This document shows positions 53,183-62,366 of a stretch of 64,000 nucleotides of DNA, in pieces. Position 1 is the stretch's first letter. Each line of letters begins with the position of its first letter. Under the pieces are notes generated by a model. It was not told the origin of the DNA and did not search any database. It saw only the letters and a list, made by a program, of their open reading frames with translations. Position numbers and translations under genes: made by a program. Source of the DNA: an uncultured Gammaproteobacteria bacterium (GTDB taxonomy: Bacteria; Patescibacteriota; Patescibacteriia; Magasanikbacterales; UBA922); the NCBI GenBank assembly GCA_964344965.1, contig CAYFPJ010000006.1:568-64567 (forward strand), read 5' to 3'.

Positions 53183-54224
53183 ACATATGAACAAAATAGA
53201 AATAATCACAGATGAAAAAAAATGGAAAAATTTTGTCCTAAATCAAGACCACAATCTTTTCATTCAATCACCAGAGTATGGAGAATTCAACAAAAGCATG
53301 GGTGATGACTATTTCATACTGGGAATGTACAAAAATGAAAAACTAATCGGAGGCTCTTTGGTGATTTGTGTCCATGCTAGAAGGGGGAATTTTCTCTATC
53401 TTCCATACGGCCCTATATTCAACAACGATGTGGAAAAATCTGAAAAGAAAGAGCTTTTTAAGATGTTTACAAATTATTTGCGTGAATATGCCAAGAAGAA
53501 TAAATTTTTATTTTTGAGAGTTAGTCCTTTCATAAAAAAAAGCGAGGAAACAAAAGAAATTTTCAAACATTCTGGCTTTAGAGATGCTCCGATGCATATT
53601 TTGGCAGAACATACCTGGATATTGAATCTTGAAAAATCAGAGGAAGAAATCATGAGAGAAATGAAAAAAAATCACCGCAACCTGATAAGAAGATGCATAA
53701 AAGAAGGTGTAAGAGTGGAAATTGACACAAAGCCCGAGTCTCTAAAAAAATTCAATAACATGCACGATGAGACTGCAAAACGTCATAAATTTACTCGTTT
53801 TTCTAAAGAATATATTGAAAAAGAATTTAAAGCTCTTAACAAGAGCAAAGAAGTTTTGATCTTAACCTCATACTTATCAAACGGAGATTTAGACGCCAGT
53901 GCTATTATTGTCTATTTTGGTAATACAGCGGTATACAGACATGGAGCATCTTACGGAAAAAATAAGAAGATACCAACCTCTTATCTATTGCAATGGGAAG
54001 CAATCAAGGAGGCCAAGAGAAGGGGAGTGAGGTGGTATAATTTTTGGGGCATAGCTCCAGATGGCGCTCCAAAAAGTCATCCGTTTAAAGGCATAACTCA
54101 TTTTAAAAAAGGTTTTGGAGGATTTGGAACTCACATGATGCACTGTCAAGATTTGCCCTTATCATGGAAGTACTGGTTCAACTGGATGATAGAGACTTTC
54201 AGGAAAAAAAGGAGAGGGTTCTAA
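53169..54224 (+). CDS. FemAB family peptidyltransferase (peptidoglycan interpeptide bridge formation, FemX/MurM-like)
   Basis: 351 aa with a two-GNAT-like-lobe pattern (...YLPYGP..., ...VYRHGASYGKNKKIPTSYLLQWEAIKEAKRRGVRWYNFWGI). It overlaps the degT-like gene by 14 nt. Confidence 0.7.
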   Translation: MKIFEHMNKIEIITDEKKWKNFVLNQDHNLFIQSPEYGEFNKSMGDDYFILGMYKNEKLIGGSLVICVHARRGNFLYLPYGPIFNNDVEKSEKKELFKMFTNYLREYAKKNKFLFLRVSPFIKKSEETKEIFKHSGFRDAPMHILAEHTWILNLEKSEEEIMREMKKNHRNLIRRCIKEGVRVEIDTKPESLKKFNNMHDETAKRHKFTRFSKEYIEKEFKALNKSKEVLILTSYLSNGDLDASAIIVYFGNTAVYRHGASYGKNKKIPTSYLLQWEAIKEAKRRGVRWYNFWGIAPDGAPKSHPFKGITHFKKGFGGFGTHMMHCQDLPLSWKYWFNWMIETFRKKRRGF

Positions 54225-54248
54225 TATTCATTTGCAAGTAAGATCAAA

Positions 54249-55256
54249 ATGAGAAAAAAAATAATGAATCGTCACAAAATAAAGAGGAGAATGAAGAGGA
54301 GAATGAAAAAAACTTCTCCATATTTATTATTTCGAAACAACAATGAAACATTGGCAAAAAACAGATTCAAAAATCCATACAAAAAAAAGCAAGAATATCT
54401 CCGTAAAAGCACAAAAATAAAATTATATATAATTGCATTTTGTCTATTTTCAATAGCAGGTATTTTTTTGTACAATCCATTCTTTTCAATTTCAAACATA
54501 GATATACACGGAAACCAGCGCATATCTTCTGATGAAATTACTCAAGCAGTTCTCGCAGTAGGATCTGGAAAAAAATTTTTAGTATTACCTGGAAATAGCT
54601 ATCTAATGTTTGACGAAAAAGAAGTTCAGGCAGTACTGGAATCTCGTTTTCCTTTTCACTCAGTCATTGTAAGTAAAATATTTCCAAATAAAATGTCAGT
54701 GATTGTGGAAGAAAAAATATCTACACTTATCTATGACAACGGAAAAATGTACAGCTACCTTGGGGTAGACGGAAAAATTGTAGAAAACATCAGGCAAGTA
54801 GGGGAGGACGAGTGGATTATCAAAACAAAAATTGTCACTTCGACCAATGAGCTAGGAGAAATAATTTCAGAAGAAAAAGAAATAGATAGGATTCACACAC
54901 CCTCTGTAAAAAATATTATCCTTGAGATGGGTGATTATCCAATTGTATATGACCTCAGAGAAAAGCAGGGGAGTGTAAACGATGTGGTTCTTGGGGCTGG
55001 AATTGCTGAGGGTATAATAAAATGGTTCAATATTTTGGACAAAAGGACAGACATACCATTTGGGTATATCACAGTTGAAAATGAGCTTGGTGACGGACTG
55101 ATAAAAACCAGAGAAGGTTGGATTTTGAAAGTAAAATTGGATATGAATATCGAAGCTCAATTTGAAGAATTACAGCTGGCTTTGAAACAAAAAATAAATA
55201 GAGGTTCTTTAAACTATATAGATCTCAGATTTATGGGTAAAGTATATTGGCAGTAG
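54249..55256 (+). CDS. ftsQ: cell division protein FtsQ/DivIB (POTRA domain)
   Basis: Basic N-terminus, a single TM helix (LYIIAFCLFSIAGIFLY) and a POTRA-like ISNIDIHGNQRISSDEITQAV. Confidence 0.6.
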   Translation: MRKKIMNRHKIKRRMKRRMKKTSPYLLFRNNNETLAKNRFKNPYKKKQEYLRKSTKIKLYIIAFCLFSIAGIFLYNPFFSISNIDIHGNQRISSDEITQAVLAVGSGKKFLVLPGNSYLMFDEKEVQAVLESRFPFHSVIVSKIFPNKMSVIVEEKISTLIYDNGKMYSYLGVDGKIVENIRQVGEDEWIIKTKIVTSTNELGEIISEEKEIDRIHTPSVKNIILEMGDYPIVYDLREKQGSVNDVVLGAGIAEGIIKWFNILDKRTDIPFGYITVENELGDGLIKTREGWILKVKLDMNIEAQFEELQLALKQKINRGSLNYIDLRFMGKVYWQ

Positions 55257-55585
55257 AGTGGAGGAAGGAGATAACAAAAGAACCTTACTTAATATAGTAT
55301 AAAGCGTCGCACAATGTATCTTATACGACATATTATACTTAGTGTGTTTATCTTAAGCACTTTCCACCTTTCAAATACTTTTTATTATTAAGCCTATTCC
55401 TACAGTTAGAAAGTTTTTTAATTCTTTCACTCGTTTAGTGTGTGTTTAGTCACATTAACTGGTACCTGCTGCTGAAGACCACATCTTCTTTATACTTAGC
55501 TTCGCCCCCCTATTCTTTCATTTTACGACACTACAGAATAACGTTTCAAAATTAGGAGGTATAGAGTATCGTCTTTTTGACTCTC

Positions 55586-55680
55586 TCATCCTGAGCGCAG
55601 CGAAGGATCTTTAGTAAGGAAAATATTCTCCAAAGGAAAATATTCTCCATAAGAAATATCCTTCGCTGCGCTCAGGATGA
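55586..55680. other. Large perfect stem-loop (22-23 bp stem, 49-nt loop with internal direct repeats) inside a 570-bp ORF-free region
   Basis: CATCCTGAGCGCAGCGAAGGAT (55587-55608) pairs with ATCCTTCGCTGCGCTCAGGATG (55658-55679). The loop carries GGAAAATATTCTCCA twice. Confidence 0.7.
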
Positions 55681-55828
55681 CATTATTAAAATATAAATAA
55701 AAAATCCAGAATTTTAAAAAATCACTGGACAATTTTTTGTCTAACCTATTTATCTATATCAAATTGAAAGACTTCTCCCCTTCCCCATTCACTCTCCCCT
55801 GCTAAATATATTGTGCGACACATCACAA

Positions 55829-56470
55829 CTAAATTCCTTCAGCACGAAAAATAGTTTTGACTGTTCTCCAAATTATTAAAGTATCTCTTTTGATGATTTG
55901 CCAAGAAGAGCTATTTTTCAAAAAATTTATATATTCTTCATCAATTTCTCTTTGACCTTTGCTTATGCCTTTCATGCTCTGAAAAGGTCCTGTAAGACCA
56001 CATTTCATAACTTCCCTTGTCATGTCCCCCTCCTCTCTGGCTTTTTTAGAATTTTCAATGTTTGTTGGTCTTGGACCTATCAATGTCATGTCTCCACGCA
56101 ACACATTCCACAGCTGTGGAAATTCATCCATATATATCTGTCTCAAGACCCTCCCATAAAAAGTCAAATTGTTTTTATCCCCTTCCAAAACTTTCGTATG
56201 GACTACCTTTCCCTTTCTGGAAGCTTTTTCAATAGATGTTAATTTAAATATCCTAAATTTATATAATTCAAATATTTTTCCCTGCGAAATTCTTTTTTCA
56301 TGGTAAAAGATGGGTCCTCGAGAACTTGGAAAAAATAAAAACTCTGTAAACATGCACAGCGCCAATACTCCGAGTGGAATTATTGCTAAGACCAACAATA
56401 AAAAAGTTACCAGTACATCTGCAATTCTCTTTATCTTTGGAAGTTTAACTATTTTTTTATTTGTAGACAT
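55829..56470 (-). CDS. small phosphoglycosyl (sugar) transferase, PglC/WbaP C-terminal-domain type
   Basis: N-terminal re-entrant hydrophobic helix and the DEFPQLWNVLRGDMTLIGPRP signature. Confidence 0.85.
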   Translation of the reverse strand: MSTNKKIVKLPKIKRIADVLVTFLLLVLAIIPLGVLALCMFTEFLFFPSSRGPIFYHEKRISQGKIFELYKFRIFKLTSIEKASRKGKVVHTKVLEGDKNNLTFYGRVLRQIYMDEFPQLWNVLRGDMTLIGPRPTNIENSKKAREEGDMTREVMKCGLTGPFQSMKGISKGQREIDEEYINFLKNSSSWQIIKRDTLIIWRTVKTIFRAEGI

Positions 56471-56505
56471 TTATTTCCTTTTCATAGTATTCTATCTCCA
56501 GCTCC

Positions 56506-57747
56506 TCAGTAATCCTTCACTAGATAGCTCAGTGGATCGACAGGAATACCATTCTTACGTACTTCGAAGTGCAGGTGTGGCCCTGTAACAAATGGGCCTG
56601 CACCGACAGTACCTGGAGTACCACCAGAATATCCTATCACATCTCCCCTAGTGACAAATTGATCCGTAGCCACATTGATCTTACTCATATGCCCATAGAC
56701 TGTTGATAATCCTCCAGAGTGAACCAGCATGATATAAGAATAGCACGTCCATACCGCACAATGCTTTGCTCTAGCGACATAGCCAGAAGCTGCCGCCTTG
56801 ATGGGTGTCCCCTGCCCTGCTCGAATGTCAATGGCATTGTGTTCAAAAATGTGGCGATACGGATAATCTGGATCATGGAAATAGGCTGTCACATAGCGAC
56901 TTTGAGTGGGCCAAGATAGCTTCCCGTCAAAATTTACCTCACCACCATTTAGTTTATCCTGGACTTCTAATTTTTTACGAACTTCTTGCTCTATGCTGGT
57001 AATTTCTCCTTCAATTTGCTGGTATTGTTTTTTCAACCCACTAAGAAGGGTCTGGAACTGTAGTTCTGACGATTGAGTTTGGGCAAGTAGAGTACCTTTG
57101 ACATTCAGCTGATCATCAAAATCTTTTTTCTTTTCATCTAGCTCTTCCTTTAACTCTGTATAAGCTATCTTTCTCTCTTCTTTCTGTGTTTTTTTTGTAT
57201 CCAATTCTTCTTTTGCAAGTCTAAGTGATCTAGTACTTTTTCCAAGGTCTTTTTCAATTGTTTCTATGTACTGCAGTTGGTTATAAAAATCAGAAAAATT
57301 TTCATGAGTTGCTAGTATTTCTAAGAATTTTTTACTTCCTTCTTGATGAATCAAGCGAATAAAATCAGAAATAATTTCTTTTCTTTTACTAATCACAGTT
57401 TCTTTGGTGTCAATAGATAATACTAAAGCTTCGAGTTCTAGTTCTAGTGTTTCTATTTTCTCTTCTGTATATTCTATATCCAATTCTACTTGAGCAATGC
57501 GATTGTCAATGATGCCTATTTGATTTGATAAGGATACTCCTTCTAGTCTTTTTTGTTGAATTTTTTTCTTGTAGGCGTCAATGCTTTTTTCCAAATTTTG
57601 TACTTTTTTCTTCTTTTCAGCTATTTTTTGATTCAACGTTTCTATTTCAGTTTTATTCCCTCCGGCATTTTCTGATAAGACAAAATTGGGCTGAATTACT
57701 AGTCCAAAAATAAGTAAAATTGTCCCCAAAAACAAAAACTTCTTCAT
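56506..57747 (-). CDS. M23 family metallopeptidase with an N-terminal coiled-coil (EnvC-like architecture but with an intact active site)
   Basis: Signal peptide and roughly 250 aa of coiled coil. C-terminal M23 with HxxxD (IFEHNAIDI) and HLHFEV motifs. Confidence 0.85.
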   Translation of the reverse strand: MKKFLFLGTILLIFGLVIQPNFVLSENAGGNKTEIETLNQKIAEKKKKVQNLEKSIDAYKKKIQQKRLEGVSLSNQIGIIDNRIAQVELDIEYTEEKIETLELELEALVLSIDTKETVISKRKEIISDFIRLIHQEGSKKFLEILATHENFSDFYNQLQYIETIEKDLGKSTRSLRLAKEELDTKKTQKEERKIAYTELKEELDEKKKDFDDQLNVKGTLLAQTQSSELQFQTLLSGLKKQYQQIEGEITSIEQEVRKKLEVQDKLNGGEVNFDGKLSWPTQSRYVTAYFHDPDYPYRHIFEHNAIDIRAGQGTPIKAAASGYVARAKHCAVWTCYSYIMLVHSGGLSTVYGHMSKINVATDQFVTRGDVIGYSGGTPGTVGAGPFVTGPHLHFEVRKNGIPVDPLSYLVKDY

Positions 57748-57844
57748 AGGAAGTATTATATCACAAGGTTTGACCGGATTTCAATCTTGGTGCCTGTTAC
57801 TTATTCTTATTTTACCTCTCAAGTAAAGATCTTAAAAATAAACC

Positions 57845-58117
57845 CTATTCTATATTATCCCCAAGGTCATTTACCAATCTATTCCAAGTTGTCAAAACCA
57901 CATCGACATCTTTCCAGTCATGTTGACCAGAGAAAGAGATGCTAAGTAACACTTCAAATATTTTTTCTCTCCTGCCAGCTTCTACCTCATTTACGATAGC
58001 AGAAAGACATTCTCTCAATATCTCTATTTGCTCTTCTGTAAAACCTGCCAGCACTTATTGAGAAGCGGCCATGGTTGCTGCTTCTAGAAGCCTACGTTGT
58101 CTTTCATTTTCGCTCAT
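57845..58117 (-). CDS. small hypothetical protein interrupted by an in-frame TAA (20-aa N-terminal ORF MSENERQRRLLEAATMAASQ, stop, then the 69-aa ORF)
   Basis: ATG at 58115-58117. The TAA at 58058-58060 is followed in the same frame by VLAGFTEEQIEILRECLSAIVNEV.... This is either a disrupted gene or a sequencing error. Confidence 0.3.
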
Positions 58118-58150
58118 ATTTTTTATAGTTATGTAAGGTAAATTCCTCAA

Positions 58151-59641
58151 TCATATTAACTTGAATGCATTATTCAATCTATGTAGAGTTTTCTCCTTCC
58201 CCAAAACCCACATAATCTCAAAAGGTCCCGGGCTATTCTTCAGACCGGACAAAGCAACACGAGTTGGCCACAAGACATCACCATTCCCCCAGCCATTTTC
58301 TTTAATCCAAGCCAGAGTTTTTTCCTCCAGATTTTCCTTATTCCACTCCCCTTCTCCAATATTATTTAAAAATTCTGAAATAGCTTGCAACTTCTCTTTA
58401 GTATCCTCACAAGTAGATTTTCTCCAGACCAGGAGCTCTACATCATACTGCAAATTCTCAGCAAAAATAAAACTCACATTATCTACCAGTTCGAGCAAAG
58501 TGCTAGCTCTTCCCTGCTCCAACGCAACAATCTGTTCCATGTCCCATGCCTGCCCGCCGGATTGGAGGGTTCCATGTTCGATATCAATCCCTTGATTTAC
58601 AAAAAAAGATTCACAACGTTTAGCTAGTTCCTCAGAGTCTAAATTAGCGATATACTGCTTGTTGTACCAATCCAGTTTTTCTCTATTGAAAAATGCTGCC
58701 GCCTTCCCCACTTTGCCAAAATCAAATTCTTCTTCCAATTCTGCTAGGCTAAAAATTTCTCGATCATCTCCAGGATTCCAACCCAAAAATGCAATGAAGT
58801 TGATCATCGCTTCTGGCAAATAACCTTTTTCTTTGAAATCTTCTACTGAGACATCTCCGTGACGCTTGCTCAGCTTTTGTTTTTTCTCATTGACCATCAA
58901 CGGTAGATGAGCAAACTGAGGCAGCTCCCAACCAAACATATTGTAGAGTTGGATATGTTTGGGGGTAGACGGTAACCACTCCTCTCCTCTGATAACATGA
59001 GTCAATTCCATTAGATGATCGTCAACTACGACAGCGAGATGATAAGTTGGAAAGCCATCAGCCTTTCGGATGACTTGATCATCGACCAATTTATTTTGAA
59101 ATTCCACCTTGCCGCGCACTAAATCATCTACTACTGTAGTCCCTTCTTTTGGCATTTTCATTCGAACTACATATTCTTCACCAGCCTCTATTCTTTTCTT
59201 AGATTCTGAATTATTCAATTCTCTACAATGTCCATCGTATCCTGTAGGGAGTTTATTTTTTTCTTGATATTCGCGTAATTCTACGAGCCTATCTTTGGTA
59301 CAAAAGCAGTAATACGCGTGATTTTTTTCAATAAGTTCGTTGACATGTGAGTGATAAATTTCTAATCGTTCAGATTGGACGTAGGGACCTTTGCCACCTT
59401 TTTGGAGTACTTTTCCGTCTTGTATATCAACACCTTCATCAATTTTTATACCTCCCCAGTTAAGAGCAGAGATGATATTTTCAATTCCTCCCTCTACAAG
59501 TCTATTCTGGTCTGTGTCTTCGATACGTAGCACAAAATTACCACCTTCTTTTTTTGCCAACAAATAGGCATAGAGGGCAGTACGTAATCCTCCAACATGG
59601 AGGAATCCTGTTGGTGATGGTGCGAAGCGGGTTTTAATCAT
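58151..59641 (-). CDS. gltX: glutamate--tRNA ligase
   Basis: FAPSPTGFLHVGGLRTALYAY contains the HIGH-type HVGG motif. KLSKR (KMSKS) motif and an anticodon-binding C-domain are present. Confidence 0.92.
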   Translation of the reverse strand: MIKTRFAPSPTGFLHVGGLRTALYAYLLAKKEGGNFVLRIEDTDQNRLVEGGIENIISALNWGGIKIDEGVDIQDGKVLQKGGKGPYVQSERLEIYHSHVNELIEKNHAYYCFCTKDRLVELREYQEKNKLPTGYDGHCRELNNSESKKRIEAGEEYVVRMKMPKEGTTVVDDLVRGKVEFQNKLVDDQVIRKADGFPTYHLAVVVDDHLMELTHVIRGEEWLPSTPKHIQLYNMFGWELPQFAHLPLMVNEKKQKLSKRHGDVSVEDFKEKGYLPEAMINFIAFLGWNPGDDREIFSLAELEEEFDFGKVGKAAAFFNREKLDWYNKQYIANLDSEELAKRCESFFVNQGIDIEHGTLQSGGQAWDMEQIVALEQGRASTLLELVDNVSFIFAENLQYDVELLVWRKSTCEDTKEKLQAISEFLNNIGEGEWNKENLEEKTLAWIKENGWGNGDVLWPTRVALSGLKNSPGPFEIMWVLGKEKTLHRLNNAFKLI

Positions 59642-59644
59642 AAA

Positions 59645-59676
59645 ACACAGATTACAAGGATTTTATTGGATTACAC
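59645..59676. repeat. Downstream inverted repeat of the GxxExxY cassette, copy 2
   Basis: ACACAGATTACAAGGATTTTATTGGATTACAC is identical to the reverse complement of the copy-1 right flank 46771-46799. Confidence 0.75.
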
Positions 59677-60063
59677 TGATCTTTTATAGTCTTTATAATT
59701 TCCAAATCGTTTTATTTCAAGACTTGGGTTTCCAAAATTTAACAGTAGTCCGACTTCCAGATTGCTTGCTTTTAAGTAAGAGACTACTTGTGATTTAAAT
59801 ATTTTAGGCATTTCACCACTTATTGCTTTCAACTCTATTAATACTTTCTTATTTACCAATAAATCAATTCTAAATAAACCTATTATTTTGTTTTTGTAAA
59901 TTACATCAAATTCTACCTCTGTTTCTACATCTAAATCATCCTCAATCAAATCGGACAACATGGCTTGATGATAGATCACTTCTTTAAATCCAGGACCAAG
60001 TTCTCCGTGTATTTTCATTGCTATCCCAATTATTTCTCTTGTTAAATCTACCTCCTTTAGCAC
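59671..60063 (-). CDS. GxxExxY family protein, copy 2 (GTG start)
   Basis: 126/130 aa identical to 46381..46773. It sits in the opposite orientation with related flanks. Confidence 0.8.
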   Translation of the reverse strand: MLKEVDLTREIIGIAMKIHGELGPGFKEVIYHQAMLSDLIEDDLDVETEVEFDVIYKNKIIGLFRIDLLVNKKVLIELKAISGEMPKIFKSQVVSYLKASNLEVGLLLNFGNPSLEIKRFGNYKDYKRSV

Positions 60064-60120
60064 ACAAAATTTATTTTCTGTGTAATCTTTTAAAAATCCT
60101 TTAATCTGTGTAAGACTACA
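60064..60120. repeat. Upstream flank of GxxExxY cassette copy 2 (degenerate relative of the copy-1 left IR)
   Basis: The reverse complement contains ACACAGATTAAAGGATTTTTAAAAGATTACACAGAAAATAA, against ACACAGATTACAGGGATTTTATTGGATTACACAGAAAAAAA in copy 1. Confidence 0.55.
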
Positions 60121-60896
60121 CCCACCGAAACAGCCAAATTGAGCGACTCAGCACTTCCTTTTCCTGGTATAGTGTAGCTTTTTTCAACTAATTTTTCAAG
60201 ATTATCTGGAACCCCGTGAGATTCACTGCCAAATAGATAGATAGATTTGTTATCAGTAGGAATTTCAGATATGTTTTCTCCACCCAAATCAAGTGAGTAC
60301 AATTTGTACTCATGTTTTTCTATCAAAAACTTTAGATCGCTCAATAGATTTGGTGAGCGAAAAATACTGGTATGAAAAATTGAGCCCATAGTGCTGCGTA
60401 CCACCTTAGGATTATAGACATCTACACAGTCTTCAGAAAGCAAAATATTTTTTATCCCAAACCAATCTGCTGTTCTGATGATCGTCCCCAGGTTTCCTGG
60501 GTCTTTGATGCCAGCCAAACAGATCACCTTCTCCCCGACCACATCACTCAATTCTAATTCATTTTGAGAAACTACGGCCAGCACACCTGGAAAAGTATCA
60601 GTAGTCTTGATATCACCGACATCCTTGTGACCACAATACTCTACTGGAATATCCAGTTCTTCTGCTTTTTTTATTATTTCCTTCATTTCTGTCTTGTCCC
60701 GTATTTTCCCTTCTACAACAACAAGAGCGATATCAAAATCAGAGTCGAGTGCCTCTTTTACCCCTTTTACACCTTCAACAATAAATTCTTTGAATCCCTT
60801 ACGAAATTTTTTTTGTTGGAGTTTGTTAATGTGTTTTTTGACTTTTTGTCTTATCATAATATTTTGTTTTTTTAAATTGATTCCATAAATATTCAA
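60090..60896 (-). CDS. TrmH/SpoU family RNA 2'-O-methyltransferase (RlmB-like); the probable start is the internal MIRQK at 60857
   Basis: SPOUT motifs VICLAGIKDPGNLGTIIRTADWFG, LFGSESHGV and a C-terminal AESLNLAVSVGVVL. An N-terminal EGVKGVKEAL substrate-binding subdomain is also present. Confidence 0.8.
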   Translation of the reverse strand: MNIYGINLKKQNIMIRQKVKKHINKLQQKKFRKGFKEFIVEGVKGVKEALDSDFDIALVVVEGKIRDKTEMKEIIKKAEELDIPVEYCGHKDVGDIKTTDTFPGVLAVVSQNELELSDVVGEKVICLAGIKDPGNLGTIIRTADWFGIKNILLSEDCVDVYNPKVVRSTMGSIFHTSIFRSPNLLSDLKFLIEKHEYKLYSLDLGGENISEIPTDNKSIYLFGSESHGVPDNLEKLVEKSYTIPGKGSAESLNLAVSVGVVLHRLKDF

Positions 60897-61470
60897 TATT
60901 TTCCCAACTCTTTGGGTGTATGAACTTCTGATGTGCGTCTATAAAGTATTTTTTTAAGTTGGGGTACAATTTTTGAAAGTCGAGGCAATACCATTCAAAA
61001 AAAATCTCTTCGTTAATTTTATCAAATTTTAATAGCATTCCAATTTTTTCTAAGAGAGTTAAAATTGGAAATAGATGCATATTAATTTTATTTATATCTT
61101 CGTCAGTAAACAGAACATTGTCTCGATTTTCTCGTATTCTTGCCTCTACTAGAGTTTTAAATTCTGTTGAAATAAAGATAAAAGATTTAGAAAACTCGAT
61201 AGTACTCAATTTTTCTATAGACTCGAGAGACTTTTCTGTCTTTAATTTATCTTTTGTAAACCAAAAACTTTCTTTTGCCCAATATGCAGTTATAACTATT
61301 GCCATTGCTGAAACAAAAGTAGAAAAGGCTGTAATGTTGTTTGAATTGATATCTATTACAAATTTAGTAAAAAATATACCACCAATAAAGGCAATGAATA
61401 GTAAAGAGCCTAAGCCTAAGCCTAGTAAAAAAATATTATTTCTTTCTAATTGCATAATATATAAATACAA
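60826..61470 (-). CDS. hypothetical membrane protein
   Basis: 214 aa with 2-3 N-terminal TM helices and a charged C-terminal domain. It overlaps the annotated start of the SpoU gene. Confidence 0.35.
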   Translation of the reverse strand: MYLYIMQLERNNIFLLGLGLGSLLFIAFIGGIFFTKFVIDINSNNITAFSTFVSAMAIVITAYWAKESFWFTKDKLKTEKSLESIEKLSTIEFSKSFIFISTEFKTLVEARIRENRDNVLFTDEDINKINMHLFPILTLLEKIGMLLKFDKINEEIFFEWYCLDFQKLYPNLKKYFIDAHQKFIHPKSWENIEYLWNQFKKTKYYDKTKSQKTH

Positions 61471-62194
61471 AAGTCGCCTTCCAAATCCTCTTAAATCTTC
61501 TTGGTTCCCTAATCAAACGATACAGCCATTCTAGACCAATTTTCCTCATCAGTCTAGGTGCTCGTTTGACCTTACCAGCAATAAAGTCAAATGCTCCTCC
61601 TACACCCATCGCCACTTTCACACCAGGTAATTCTGGCAAATATTTATCAATCCACTTTTCTTGTTTGCCATGTCCGAAGGCGACGAAGAGTATATCCGGA
61701 CTGCTCATAGTGATGTCTGCAATCAACTGATCATTCTCCTCTCTATCTAATTGTAACTTATAACTTATAACTTGTAACTTGTTTCCTGGGTGACTGCCTG
61801 CAATCTTTAAGTCTGGAAATTTCTGCCTAATCTCTGTCACCAATTTTTGCAAAGTCTCTTCACTTCCACTGCCAAGAAAGTAGACACCTCTCCCCTGCTC
61901 TTCTGCTAGCTTACAAATGTCTAGCATGAAGTCTGTGCCGGGAATGCGTTTTAATCTAAACCAAGACACCAATTGTAACCCAAAGCCATCACAAATATTC
62001 AAATCACCTTTATTCAGCACTTTTCTAAAATTTTCATCAAGGTTGGCATCAACAAGCATCTCTGGATTTGGGGTATAAATTTTGTGTTGTTCATTATCTT
62101 GCAAAAAATTAGCTACTTTATCTAGAGCTTCTTTTTTACTTAGATTGCTAATCTTTATACCCAAAATTTCAATGAAATTCATAGCATGTACCAC
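61436..62194 (-). CDS. WecB/TagA/CpsF family glycosyltransferase (UDP-ManNAc / ManNAcA transferase type)
   Basis: VYFLGSGSEETLQKL...VAMGVGGAFDFIAGKVKRAP...EWLYRLIREPRR conserved blocks. Confidence 0.85.
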   Translation of the reverse strand: MVHAMNFIEILGIKISNLSKKEALDKVANFLQDNEQHKIYTPNPEMLVDANLDENFRKVLNKGDLNICDGFGLQLVSWFRLKRIPGTDFMLDICKLAEEQGRGVYFLGSGSEETLQKLVTEIRQKFPDLKIAGSHPGNKLQVISYKLQLDREENDQLIADITMSSPDILFVAFGHGKQEKWIDKYLPELPGVKVAMGVGGAFDFIAGKVKRAPRLMRKIGLEWLYRLIREPRRFKRIWKATFVFIYYAIRKK

Positions 62195-62254
62195 AAAATG
62201 TTACATGCTCTATGTTCCATGATTCATGACAATTTGCTATAATCTTAGCAGATA

Positions 62255-62314
62255 TTGACTAATTTTACTAGTGTGATATAGTATTATCACTCTAGTATTG
62301 AGAGTGATAATACT
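62255..62314 (+). promoter_or_regulatory. sigma-70-like promoter overlapping a CIRCE-like inverted repeat (TTATCACTC-N9-GAGTGATAA) upstream of clpB
   Basis: TTGACT (62255-62260), 16-bp spacer, TATAGT (62277-62282). Perfect 13-bp arms AGTATTATCACTC / GAGTGATAATACT (62280-62314). The 9+9+9 core at 62284-62310 differs from the CIRCE consensus TTAGCACTC-N9-GAGTGCTAA at one symmetric position. Confidence 0.55.
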
Positions 62315-62366
62315 CCTTAATTTCAAACTGTAACCTAAATACCTAGAACCTAAACGACCTACACCT

